Below the pieces are notes generated by a model that saw only the letters and a program-made list of their open reading frames with translations, searched no databases and was not told where the DNA came from. A stretch of DNA of 64,000 bases from Candidatus Hydrogenedentota bacterium (GTDB lineage Bacteria; Hydrogenedentota; Hydrogenedentia; Hydrogenedentales; SLHB01): contig BTVY01000008.1 in assembly GCA_045863335.1 (NCBI GenBank), forward strand, positions 64,001 to 128,000, in the 5' to 3' direction. Shown piece by piece: positions 10,188-18,857 of the stretch. How positions within the stretch are numbered: position 1 is the stretch's first letter; each line of letters begins with the position of its first letter. Made by a program: the position numbers and the translations under genes.

Positions 10188-10324
10188 CTTCTACGATCTC
10201 AACCCCTGTAGTCACACATCGCGATTGTACCTCAATCGGACGTATTGTGACACGCAATGGAATTCACGGGGCGCTTTCGATAGGCTCTTGAGGCCAATCG
10301 CGGTGTACTGGAAGGAGAATTTGG

Positions 10325-11632
10325 ATGCTGGAACCGGTCATTTCCAATCCCTGGGTACGCGCCGTGGCGGCGCTGCTTGCGCTGGTGCTCCTGGGCGTGC
10401 TCGTCTACATCTTGAAGCCCATTCTGGTGCCTCTGTTCCTCGCCTTCCTCGTGGCCTACATATTCGACCCGGTGGTGGACTTTTTCGAGGCGCGCAAGAT
10501 TTCGCGCATCGCGACCATCGCAGGTCTCGCAGTTGCGGGACTACTCGGGATTCTATGTGTGCCGTTGGTCGTCGTACCTTCGGTATATCACCAAGCCGAG
10601 AACCTGATCCGCTCTGCCGACACGGAAGTCACCGGCGGCAAATGGCTGGATCGGGTGTTGGAGAGGCTACCCATCGAAAGAATGGCAGCCGAACTGGAAT
10701 CGCAAACCGGCGCGGACGAATCTAACGGGATTGCCGACGGCGATGGTCCTCCGCCCGCTGCCGAGGTTGTGGAGGAGGAGGGTAGCGCAGATACCGCCCT
10801 CGACGATGCTGAGGCTGGCGGCGAACAAGCGGATGCGCCTCCAGTTGACGCGTTAAACGCCCGCGAAGTGGTGGCCCGATACATTGGGCGATTCGTGCGC
10901 GAGTCCGCGGTCCAGTTTGTCATCGGCAATTTAGGCATGGTTGCGTCCGTAGGAAAAACGGCTGGCGCAAACCTATTCAACGTATTCGCGTTACTTGGCA
11001 ATACGGTTCTGCAAGTCATCTTGTTTCTGGCGAATCTCGCGCTGTTCGCCTTTGTCGCCGGATATCTGTTGCGAGATTTTGACGGACTGGTGCGCGGTGC
11101 GCGCGAGTTGATCCCTCCCAAGTACGAAGCGAAGACGGTGTCGGTGGTTAGCGAGATCAACGATCAATTGCGGAGTTTTTTGCGTGGACAGACAACCGTA
11201 TGCCTGTGTCTGGGCGCGATGTACGCCGTGGGTTTTCTCGTGGCGCAAACGCCATTCGCAATCCTGATTGCGGCGTTTGGGATTGTGGCAAGCTACATCC
11301 CCTTCTTGGGGGTGTCCATGGTGGCGATCGTCGCAGCGACACTCACCATACTCCAGTATGGCTTTGATTGGCACGTGTTGGTCGTTGCAGCCACAATCGC
11401 CTTGGCCCAGTTCATGGAGGGGAACTTCCTCACGCCGAAAATCGTCGGTGATCAGGTGGGACTCAACCCCGTGTGGGTGATTCTGGCGATTATGGTCTTC
11501 GGGAACTTCCTCGGATTCCTCGGTTTGCTTCTGGCGGTGCCCATCGCGGCAGCGCTCAAAGTGCTGGTGCTGGAGGCAGTCGCCTATTACCGGAAGTCCC
11601 CGGTCTTCACTCAGGGTCAGGCAGACGGCTGA
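10325..11632 (+). CDS. AI-2E family transporter
   Basis: PLFLAFLVAYIFDPVV, FLRGQ, IPFLG, EGNFLTPKIVGDQVGLNP, GLLLAVP. Confidence 0.92.
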   Translation: MLEPVISNPWVRAVAALLALVLLGVLVYILKPILVPLFLAFLVAYIFDPVVDFFEARKISRIATIAGLAVAGLLGILCVPLVVVPSVYHQAENLIRSADTEVTGGKWLDRVLERLPIERMAAELESQTGADESNGIADGDGPPPAAEVVEEEGSADTALDDAEAGGEQADAPPVDALNAREVVARYIGRFVRESAVQFVIGNLGMVASVGKTAGANLFNVFALLGNTVLQVILFLANLALFAFVAGYLLRDFDGLVRGARELIPPKYEAKTVSVVSEINDQLRSFLRGQTTVCLCLGAMYAVGFLVAQTPFAILIAAFGIVASYIPFLGVSMVAIVAATLTILQYGFDWHVLVVAATIALAQFMEGNFLTPKIVGDQVGLNPVWVILAIMVFGNFLGFLGLLLAVPIAAALKVLVLEAVAYYRKSPVFTQGQADG

Positions 11633-12489
11633 TTTTGCTGGGATTGGCCCTGAGGTTCGGACGCGCCTGACGTAAGCTGCGGCCGGGCCTGATGGCGAAT
11701 GAAGCGCCGGTAGGTGGTATCCACGATGCCGAAAAGACAATACGATGCCGCGAGCGGGAACAACACGATGGAGGGCGACCTCCGGCTGGCGTAGTCAAAG
11801 ACCGCGATGCCCACGGCGCAAAGCGCAAGCAAACGAAAGCCATTACGCGGCGCAAGTATCATCGCCTTCATCTTGTTCTTTGGGTACTGGACGGTGCTCA
11901 CCATCAGATAGGCGATCACAAGCGTCAGGGGCCCGAATATCCACACCGGGACCGTCAGCACGAAGTAGTCCGTGAACAGCACAAAGGACGCGATGGTGAT
12001 GGCGGCGGCGGGGCTGGGCAGGCCGATGAAGTACTCCCGGATTTCCGCTTGATACACGTTGAATCGCGCGAGCCTGAGCGCCGTGCAAATCACGTAGATG
12101 ATCGCCATCACAGCGCCCGTGCGGGAGACGGCGTTCTGCTCGCCGGGAAGGTAGACTTGATAAATCAGCACAGCGGGAGCCACACCGAAGGACACCACAT
12201 CGCACAAGCTATCGAGCTGTTTCCCAAATTCCGACACGCTCTTGGTCAAACGGGCTACGGTGCCGTCGAGCATGTCGAGCACGATCGCGGCGAAAATCCA
12301 GTACACAGCCCGGCTGAACTCGCCTTCGATGGCGGCGAAGATGCTCGCGATTCCGCAGTACAAGTTCAGGGTCGTGATGCCGCTGGCCAGGACGTTGATG
12401 GGCCGGCGGCGATTCGGCTTAGCGCGCCGTTTCCGGCTGCTCCGTGACGCCTTGGCGGCGGGATCGCGTTTGAAGGGGTTGCGTGCCAT
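11617..12489 (-). CDS. pssA: CDP-diacylglycerol--serine O-phosphatidyltransferase
   Basis: CDP-alcohol motif DMLDGTVAR...GKQLDSLCD, LRLARFN, FIGLPSP; adjacent to psd. Confidence 0.93.
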   Translation of the reverse strand: MARNPFKRDPAAKASRSSRKRRAKPNRRRPINVLASGITTLNLYCGIASIFAAIEGEFSRAVYWIFAAIVLDMLDGTVARLTKSVSEFGKQLDSLCDVVSFGVAPAVLIYQVYLPGEQNAVSRTGAVMAIIYVICTALRLARFNVYQAEIREYFIGLPSPAAAITIASFVLFTDYFVLTVPVWIFGPLTLVIAYLMVSTVQYPKNKMKAMILAPRNGFRLLALCAVGIAVFDYASRRSPSIVLFPLAASYCLFGIVDTTYRRFIRHQARPQLTSGASEPQGQSQQNQPSA

Positions 12490-12497
12490 AACGGAAA

Positions 12498-13175
12498 CTA
12501 GTTCTCAGGTTTATCCACGGCGTCGGCAAAACGCGCCATAACCGTCGCGCCGCCACGCACACTTTCCCGTAGTTTAACACACACCGGGGTTCCGGGGGGG
12601 AGATAGAGTTCGGTACGGGAACCGAATCGGATCATTCCGAATCGTTCCCCCTTGGTCAGACTATCCCCGACCGCCGCACGACATACGATACGGCGAGCAA
12701 TGAGGCCGGAGATCTGACGTACGGTCACCTGGCCATGAGGGGTGCTCATGACCACCGTGTTGGCCTCGTTCACGTCGCTGCTTTCGGTCTTCATCGCATT
12801 AAGGAATTTTCCGGGGCGATAGCTGATGGATTCGACAGTGCCGTGAAATGGCGCGCGGTTGACGTGGACGTTGAAAATGGAAAGAAAGATCGACACGCGG
12901 CGGCAGGGTCCTTCGTAGTAGGGCGTGGATTCCAGGTCTTCGATAGCCACGACCTTACCGTCGGCAGGAGAAACGATGTCCTCCGACTTCTCGCTGATGT
13001 GCCTATGGGGGTCGCGGAAGAAGTAAAGCACGTAAACCCCCAGCCCCAACACGAGCAGGGATACTGCGAGTCCAAGCGGGGTGCCGCCTACAAACAGAAG
13101 CAGGATGGCACCGATGCCGATTGGTGGGCCGTAAAATGGCAGGCCTTCCCGCCAGCCGCTGAAGGGGGCGTTCAC
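12498..13175 (-). CDS. psd: phosphatidylserine decarboxylase proenzyme
   Basis: FFRDP, SPADG, FLSIFNVHVNRAP, GLIARRI, FGSRT self-cleavage motif. Confidence 0.95.
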   Translation of the reverse strand: MNAPFSGWREGLPFYGPPIGIGAILLLFVGGTPLGLAVSLLVLGLGVYVLYFFRDPHRHISEKSEDIVSPADGKVVAIEDLESTPYYEGPCRRVSIFLSIFNVHVNRAPFHGTVESISYRPGKFLNAMKTESSDVNEANTVVMSTPHGQVTVRQISGLIARRIVCRAAVGDSLTKGERFGMIRFGSRTELYLPPGTPVCVKLRESVRGGATVMARFADAVDKPEN

Positions 13176-13867
13176 ATCAAATTCCTTTCTTTCAGACTGA
13201 CGTAACGATTGTCGCCGAACACGACGTGATCGAGCAGGCGAATCCCCAAGATGTCCGCAGCCTCGACCAGGCGGCGCGTGAGACTGATATCGTCGCGGCT
13301 GGGTTCGGGATCGCCGCTGGGATGGTTGTGACAGACGATGACGGCCGTCGCGCCTTCGCGGACTGCCTGGCGAAACACGTCGCGCGGCAGAGCAAGCGTC
13401 GCGTCGAGCACGCCGCTGGATATGGGCAGCACCTTGAGCACTTCGTTCTTGGTGTTCAGGAGGAGTGCTTTGAATTCCTCCGTCTCTTTGTCTTTGTAAT
13501 CGATCATCAGGAGCTTGACCACGTCTTCGGCAGCGGTGATCCGCGGTCGCTGATCGGCTACATGGCGGGCGAGACGTTTGCCCAACTCGATGGCCGCCTT
13601 GATTTCGATCGCTTTGACCTCGCCCAGTCCTTTGACCTGCTGCAACTCTTCGATGGACGCCCGCGCGAGGGCGCGAAGATCGCCAAAGTGCTGGATGACT
13701 TTGTCCGCTAGCGCGACCGCACCGGTCTCGCGGGTGCCCGTGCGAAAGAGCACGGCGATCAATTCGGCGTCGCGCAAGGCTTCAGGTCCAAGCCGGGCGA
13801 GGCGCTCGCGAGGACGCTCGTCCGGCGGCAATTCGCGGACGGCGGTCGAGTATTCCAGTGGTTTCAT
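13172..13867 (-). CDS. radC: RadC family JAB-domain protein (long form)
   Basis: ERPRERL, HhH region GLGEVKA, HNHPSGDPEPSRDD, LLDHVV; ATG 13867 overlaps the prmC stop (ATGA). Confidence 0.93.
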   Translation of the reverse strand: MKPLEYSTAVRELPPDERPRERLARLGPEALRDAELIAVLFRTGTRETGAVALADKVIQHFGDLRALARASIEELQQVKGLGEVKAIEIKAAIELGKRLARHVADQRPRITAAEDVVKLLMIDYKDKETEEFKALLLNTKNEVLKVLPISSGVLDATLALPRDVFRQAVREGATAVIVCHNHPSGDPEPSRDDISLTRRLVEAADILGIRLLDHVVFGDNRYVSLKERNLM

Positions 13868-14709
13868 GGCGCTGGCTTCCTCGCGCAAGCGATTCGTTCG
13901 ATACCGGCAAGATCGCGACGGGCCTCGGGCGCATCGAACCCCGCATCCAACAGAAGCTCACGTACCATAGCATACTGGCCCAATCCCATTTCCAGCGCGA
14001 GCAGTCCGCCGGGAACGAGGCGATCCGGCGCGCCGTCGATGATCTTCCGGATGAGGTCCAGCCCGTCAGGGCCTGCGATGAGGGCGCGGGGATCTTCAAA
14101 CAAGCGGATGTCCGGGGATAGATTGGCGTAGTCGCCTTCTTCCACATAGGGCGGGTTGGAGCAAATAACGTCGAAAGGCGGCGCGTCGGCCGGAATAACT
14201 TCAAAGAGCTCGCCCTGCCGGAACTCAATGCGGGACCCCAGCCCGTGTCGTGCTGCGTTGCTGCGGGCGAGCGCGATGGCGTCGGGATTGATATCCGTCG
14301 CGACGACGCTGCACTCCGGGGCGTTCTTCGCAATGGCAATCGCGACGCAACCGGTACCCGTACCGAGTTCGAGTATCCGCGCGGGACGGCCACCAATGTG
14401 TTCGAGCACGACCTCTACGAGATGTTCGGTTTCCGGGCGAGGCACCAACATGGGCGCGCGAACTTCGAGTTCGAGCGAGAAGAACTCCCATTCGCCAAGG
14501 ATGTAGGGCACAGGTTCATGGGCGAGACGGCGTTTCAGCAATTCGTCGAAGCCGGCCGGTTCCACCGAATCGTTAAGCCGGGCAAGCAACGCCCCTCGCG
14601 AAATCCCCAAGGCGTGTGCGAGTAGGTACTCCGCATCGGTGCGGGGAGACTCGCTGACTTCGGATAATGCGCGGGTCGCCGATTCCAGCCGCTCACGGAG
14701 CGTGGTCAT
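13864..14709 (-). CDS. prmC: release factor glutamine methyltransferase
   Basis: RRLAHEPVPYILG, VPRPETE, ELGTGTG, SNPPY. Confidence 0.96.
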   Translation of the reverse strand: MTTLRERLESATRALSEVSESPRTDAEYLLAHALGISRGALLARLNDSVEPAGFDELLKRRLAHEPVPYILGEWEFFSLELEVRAPMLVPRPETEHLVEVVLEHIGGRPARILELGTGTGCVAIAIAKNAPECSVVATDINPDAIALARSNAARHGLGSRIEFRQGELFEVIPADAPPFDVICSNPPYVEEGDYANLSPDIRLFEDPRALIAGPDGLDLIRKIIDGAPDRLVPGGLLALEMGLGQYAMVRELLLDAGFDAPEARRDLAGIERIACARKPAP

Positions 14710-15788
14710 TACTCCGCGACGGCCATTTTGGCGGCACGGTCGGCATCGATGAGGGCGTCGATGACAGGCTGCAATTCGCCTTCCATCACCGCTTCCAATT
14801 GGTGAATGGTAAGACCGATGCGATGATCGGTGAGGCGGTTCTGCGGGAAGTTGTAGGTGCGGATGCGTTCGCTGCGGTCGCCGCTGCCCACCTGGCTCTT
14901 GCGGTCGGCGGATCGCTTCGCGGCTTCTTCCTCTTCCTTGTGGGCCAACAAACGCGCGCGCAGCACGGCCATGGCCTTGGCCTTGTTCTTGTGCTGGGAC
15001 CGCTCGTCCTGGCAGGCCACGACGACGCCCGTCGGGATATGCGTGATGCGCACGGCGGAGTCTGTCGTGTTCACGTGCTGGCCACCCGCGCCGGAGGATC
15101 GATAGACATCAATGTGGAGTTCGGTCGGATCGATATGAATGTCGACCTCTTCCGCCTCCGGCAACACCGCCACGGTCGCTGCAGAGGTGTGGATGCGGCC
15201 TTGGGCTTCGGTGGCCGGGACGCGCTGCACGCGGTGGCCGCCGCCTTCGAACTTGAGTTGGCTGTACACATTGTCGCCAGAAACCTGGAAGCTGATTTCC
15301 TTGTACCCGCCGACGCCCGTGGGGTTGGAACTGAGGACCTCCACCTTCCACCCCTTCAACTCGGCCAAGCGGCTGTACATGCGGAACAGGTCGGCGGCGA
15401 AAAGGGCGGCCTCATCTCCCCCGGTCCCGGCGCGGATCTCCATGATGGTGTTCTTCGCGTCGTTGGGATCCTTGGGGATGAGCAGGAACCGCAGTTCCTC
15501 TTCCAGGCGCTCCAGGACTTCGAGGACTTCGGCCTTTTCGCCCTCGGCCATGTCGCGCAATTCCAGATCAGTTTCGTCGCGGAGCATCTGTTCGGAGTCT
15601 TCGAGCCGTTTCTCGTAGCGCTCGTATTCGCGGAAGGTGTTTACCACGTCTTCGATGGTGCGCTGCTGCTTGGCGAGACGGCGGTACCGTTCCGGATCGG
15701 TTGCCACTTCTTGCGTGGACATCTCGGCCGTTAGGGTGTTGTACTCCTCGCGGACGGCAAGGAGCCTCTGGCGCATGACCCGATCCAT
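14709..15788 (-). CDS. prfA: peptide chain release factor 1
   Basis: [20 protein letters not shown] (PxT), [19 protein letters not shown]; upstream of prmC. Confidence 0.97.
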   Translation of the reverse strand: MDRVMRQRLLAVREEYNTLTAEMSTQEVATDPERYRRLAKQQRTIEDVVNTFREYERYEKRLEDSEQMLRDETDLELRDMAEGEKAEVLEVLERLEEELRFLLIPKDPNDAKNTIMEIRAGTGGDEAALFAADLFRMYSRLAELKGWKVEVLSSNPTGVGGYKEISFQVSGDNVYSQLKFEGGGHRVQRVPATEAQGRIHTSAATVAVLPEAEEVDIHIDPTELHIDVYRSSGAGGQHVNTTDSAVRITHIPTGVVVACQDERSQHKNKAKAMAVLRARLLAHKEEEEAAKRSADRKSQVGSGDRSERIRTYNFPQNRLTDHRIGLTIHQLEAVMEGELQPVIDALIDADRAAKMAVAE

Positions 15789-15818
15789 ACGGGGAAAGTT
15801 ACCTTAGATCCAATGTAG

Positions 15819-16279
15819 ATTCGAAATTCGAAACAAATCCTAACGACCGAAATTCAAAAGGAACAAATCGGCAGAATACAGGCTTGTGTGCCGCGGCGGT
15901 GAAACCTGCTCGCATCCCCCCGCAACTACTGGCCGCTGGGAAACATCCCCCTTGATCCCCCTTCGAAGGGGGAAAGTCTGCAACGCGTCGCGTTGCGCGG
16001 GGATTAGCGGCCGCCTGCGATCGGAGCGACACGGCCGGAACCACCGGTAACCTTGGTTACGCGCCATTCCCCCTTTGAAGGGGGATCAAGGGGGATGTTC
16101 TTCAGGCACGCAACAGCGACTGCACAGATCACTCGAAACATTAAACTGTGATGGGACACGGCAGGCACTCGGCGATCACCCTGCGCCCAGACCCTAACCA
16201 ACAACCCGAACGCGTTCCGGTCATTCCAATTTCGAACCTTCGAAGTTGTTTCGGATTTCGAAATTCGAATTTCGGGTTT
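15819..16279. repeat. outer inverted repeat made of TTCGAAA/TTCGGAT-type heptamers
   Basis: TTCGAAATTCGAAACAA at 15820-15836 pairs with TTGTTTCGGATTTCGAA at 16246-16262, with more heptamers out to ~16279; encloses the 15940-16102 element. Confidence 0.7.
15940..16102. repeat. ~165-bp inverted-repeat element, copy 1
   Basis: Arms AACATCCCCCTTGATCCCCCTTCGAAGGGGGAA / TTCCCCCTTTGAAGGGGGATCAAGGGGGATGTT; internal hairpin GCAACGC-GTC-GCGTTGC at 15980-15996. Confidence 0.9.
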
Positions 16280-16292
16280 GGCACCCGCGCGG

Positions 16293-16496
16293 CTAGTTCT
16301 TCCGGCCGTACTTCCGGTTGAAGCGGTCGACGCGGCCTTCGCTGTCCACGAACTTCTGCTTGCCCGTGTAGAACGGATGGCAGGCGGAACAGATTTCCAC
16401 GTTGATCGCCGGCTTCACGGACCGGGTCTCAAAGGTGTTACCACACGCGCAGGAAACCTTGGCCGTAACGTATTCGGGGTGAATGCCCTTCTTCAC
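16293..16496 (-). CDS. rpmE: 50S ribosomal protein L31 (zinc-binding type)
   Basis: GTG start after GAAGGAG; [11 protein letters not shown]...[19 protein letters not shown]. Confidence 0.97.
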   Translation of the reverse strand: MKKGIHPEYVTAKVSCACGNTFETRSVKPAINVEICSACHPFYTGKQKFVDSEGRVDRFNRKYGRKN

Positions 16497-16574
16497 TTCT
16501 CGCTCCTTCAAATCCGCCTCGCGAGTGCCGCGGGCGCACAGGTGTCATGGGGGCTGCAAACCGTTGAACGGCAG

Positions 16575-16604
16575 AATATACCACATGTGCGACACAAGGC
16601 GCAA
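16575..16604 (-). promoter_or_regulatory. sigma70-type promoter of rpmE
   Basis: TTGCGC-18 bp-TATATT with extended -10 TG. Confidence 0.5.
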
Positions 16605-16672
16605 ATTCGTCACACAATCTTGTCAAGACTCGTTCGAAATGTCCTCTGTGTTTAGGAGTCAGCCAGAGCGGG

Positions 16673-16689
16673 TTATCCACATATCCACG
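16673..16689 (+). promoter_or_regulatory. DnaA box plus overlapping degenerate box
   Basis: Perfect TTATCCACA at 16673-16681, followed by ATATCCACG. Confidence 0.4.
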
Positions 16690-17028
16690 GCCCAAGCGGA
16701 GCGCTTCCAGCCGTGGCTCTCGTCGGGGCGGTGGAGATGCCGGTAACCCGGGGTCTTCTTGAGTTTACTCCTTCCTGGCCTTTGTATCGGTGTCCGCGGA
16801 CATCAACGTCCGGTTTTGGCGCCCTGGAGTCTGGAGTGGATTGACAGTCGCCAGATTGACGGTGCAGGGCTTGGCGACAAGTGGCCGTTGCGATTCGAGG
16901 CGCGGTTTCTACGGCCGTGCCATCTCATGGTAAGCGCCCTCCCCGGCGGGCCGATGAGGTACTGGCGAGACGCGCTTGCAGACGTCCCTCCGCTGACCTA
17001 TGAATCAACTAAGTGCGGGTCCTGCGCT

Positions 17029-17943
17029 CTACCCGAGGAAATCGAGCAGACTGGGTTGGATGACGCGGGCGCCGGCGCTGAGAGCGGCTTGAAAGGCGTT
17101 GCTCTGGGTGTTGAGGTTGATGATGACCTCGGCGAAATCGGCGTCGATGGAGTCGGAGAGCAGTTCCTCCAACTGGACCTGGAAGTCTTCGATCTCGGTT
17201 TCGGTACGGTCGAGCCGGTTCTGGACCGCGCCGACGCGGGACTGGGCCTGGCTTAACTGCTGCCGCGCGGTTTCCAACTCGGTTAAGCGGGCATTCTGCA
17301 GACTGCCCTGGTCGCCGGCGAGCAGGTTGTCGCGAATGTCGATGAGGGTCTGGAAGATGTCCTGACTGCCTTGAAAGACCGTCGAACCGACCTCGTTGGT
17401 CGGTACGGTCAAACCATCGGAGACGCTGACGAGGATAGGCTCCGTGTTGCCCTGGTACGTCACGGCGGTGATGTCACCGTTGACGTCGCGGGTCACGTCG
17501 AACGGCTGGGTCGTCGTGCGGGTGCCGCCAAAGATGTAGAGGTTTCCCGTCTGATGGTTGGCCGTGTTGACCGCGGCCTCGAGAATCTGATTGATCTCTT
17601 CCGCGATAGCATCCAGCGCAACCTGGTCGTTGGTGCCGTTGGCGCCCTGGAGTGTCAGTTCGCGCGCGCGCAAGAGATTGTCCGTCATGGTTTGGATCGC
17701 CGTGACCGTCTCTTCGAGACGCGGACTGACGACGGAGATATTGCGGAGATACTGTTCGTTCTTGGCGATGGTTGTGCGCGTGTTGATCGCGCGCCGCGCA
17801 TCGATGGGGTTGTCGGACGGCGAATTCACGCGCAGCCCGGTCGACAGTTGCGTCTGAAGATCGAGAATGCGGCGGCTCTGGTTCTGAATGTTGGTAAGCG
17901 CCCGCTGCGCGATGATGCCCTGTGTGACCCGCAAGATCCCCAT
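17029..17943 (-). CDS. flgL: flagellar hook-associated protein 3
   Basis: LRVTQ, QLSTGLRVNSPSDNP, YIFGG, VGAVQNRL, DADFAEV, C-terminal SLLDFL. Confidence 0.93.
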   Translation of the reverse strand: MGILRVTQGIIAQRALTNIQNQSRRILDLQTQLSTGLRVNSPSDNPIDARRAINTRTTIAKNEQYLRNISVVSPRLEETVTAIQTMTDNLLRARELTLQGANGTNDQVALDAIAEEINQILEAAVNTANHQTGNLYIFGGTRTTTQPFDVTRDVNGDITAVTYQGNTEPILVSVSDGLTVPTNEVGSTVFQGSQDIFQTLIDIRDNLLAGDQGSLQNARLTELETARQQLSQAQSRVGAVQNRLDRTETEIEDFQVQLEELLSDSIDADFAEVIINLNTQSNAFQAALSAGARVIQPSLLDFLG

Positions 17944-17951
17944 GATACCGC

Positions 17952-18458
17952 CTAGCCTCGCTGATCCATCAAAACGGGATTGCCGCCCTGGCCCGCAGGA
18001 GCGGTGCCGCGGTCGCTGTATCCCTGTTGGTGATGCTGGTGCTCTTGCCTCAATGCCCGGATGAGATCGTCCGTGACGCGTTTTGAATGGCGCGTGACCT
18101 TGGCATTCGCGCGGACCGCGACCCGGATGCGCTCCACCGTTTCGCGCAATCGCTGCTGCAGCTCCTGCAGCCGCGTCTTCCAGGGTTCGGGACTGGCGTC
18201 GATCAGATGCGTCATGGTCTGCTGCTCGGGTTGCAGTCCAAAGTGATTGACGATGGGGCGAAGCGTTTCGATGCGTTTGGATTGCGCCTGAATGGACTCG
18301 CGAATGAGGATTTCGAGGGCGCTGGTTCGCGCGGTCAACGCGTCGAGATCGCGCGTGAATACGGCTTCCCGCTGAGCGTTGCAGACCGCGAGGACATTCT
18401 CCTGCCGCTCCACCTCGTCATCCAACAGGTCGCACAACGTATCCATCAATGCATCCAC
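17952..18458 (-). CDS. flgN: flagellar export chaperone FlgN
   Basis: 168-aa helical protein, 'QREAVFTRDLDAL', 'GYSDRG', terminal 'MDQRG'; position next to flgL. Confidence 0.75.
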   Translation of the reverse strand: MDALMDTLCDLLDDEVERQENVLAVCNAQREAVFTRDLDALTARTSALEILIRESIQAQSKRIETLRPIVNHFGLQPEQQTMTHLIDASPEPWKTRLQELQQRLRETVERIRVAVRANAKVTRHSKRVTDDLIRALRQEHQHHQQGYSDRGTAPAGQGGNPVLMDQRG

Positions 18459-18506
18459 GCGGTAACCCTCCGTTCTATTCGTTTATCGGCACGCGCGCGG
18501 ATTCAC

Positions 18507-18857
18507 TTAACCCGGCTCCGGCGCGGCCGCCGAGGTCCCTGCAAGGATCTGGTTCCGCAAGGATTTCTGCATGTTTTGGATGTGCAGTTGTTCTTCCATG
18601 ACCTTCGCGATACCAAGCTGGCCGCTCTCCGCGATCTTTCCCGCAACGATGTCATTGAACATGTCGCGCTGGAAGTCGGACTGAAGTCCCCCGTCGAAGA
18701 GTCCATCGCGCGGAACGGTCTTCTGCATTTCCTGGAGCAGCATGTACGCGAAGAAATGCTCCATTTCCTGAAATGCCGCGGCATCGCGGGACGCCTGTTG
18801 CAGCGCCGCGCCGGCCCGTTGGATGAATGGCGACGTTACCGGGTTGACGTAGAGCAC
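18507..18857 (-). CDS. flgJ: FlgJ-like rod-binding protein (no muramidase domain)
   Basis: EMEHFFAYMLLQEMQKTVP...FQRDMFND...GQLGIAKVM; follows flgI. Confidence 0.75.
   Translation of the reverse strand: MLYVNPVTSPFIQRAGAALQQASRDAAAFQEMEHFFAYMLLQEMQKTVPRDGLFDGGLQSDFQRDMFNDIVAGKIAESGQLGIAKVMEEQLHIQNMQKSLRNQILAGTSAAAPEPG

Noticed and set aside
15799-16204. Short ORFs with PPSKG/PLQRG/PFEGG peptides (also near 20616, 35113, 39096-39523)
   Set aside because: These are translations of the repeat arms, not independent genes.
16673-16689. oriC
   Set aside because: Only one perfect DnaA box, no AT-rich unwinding element or dnaA/dnaN context, and a dif-like site 16 kb away.
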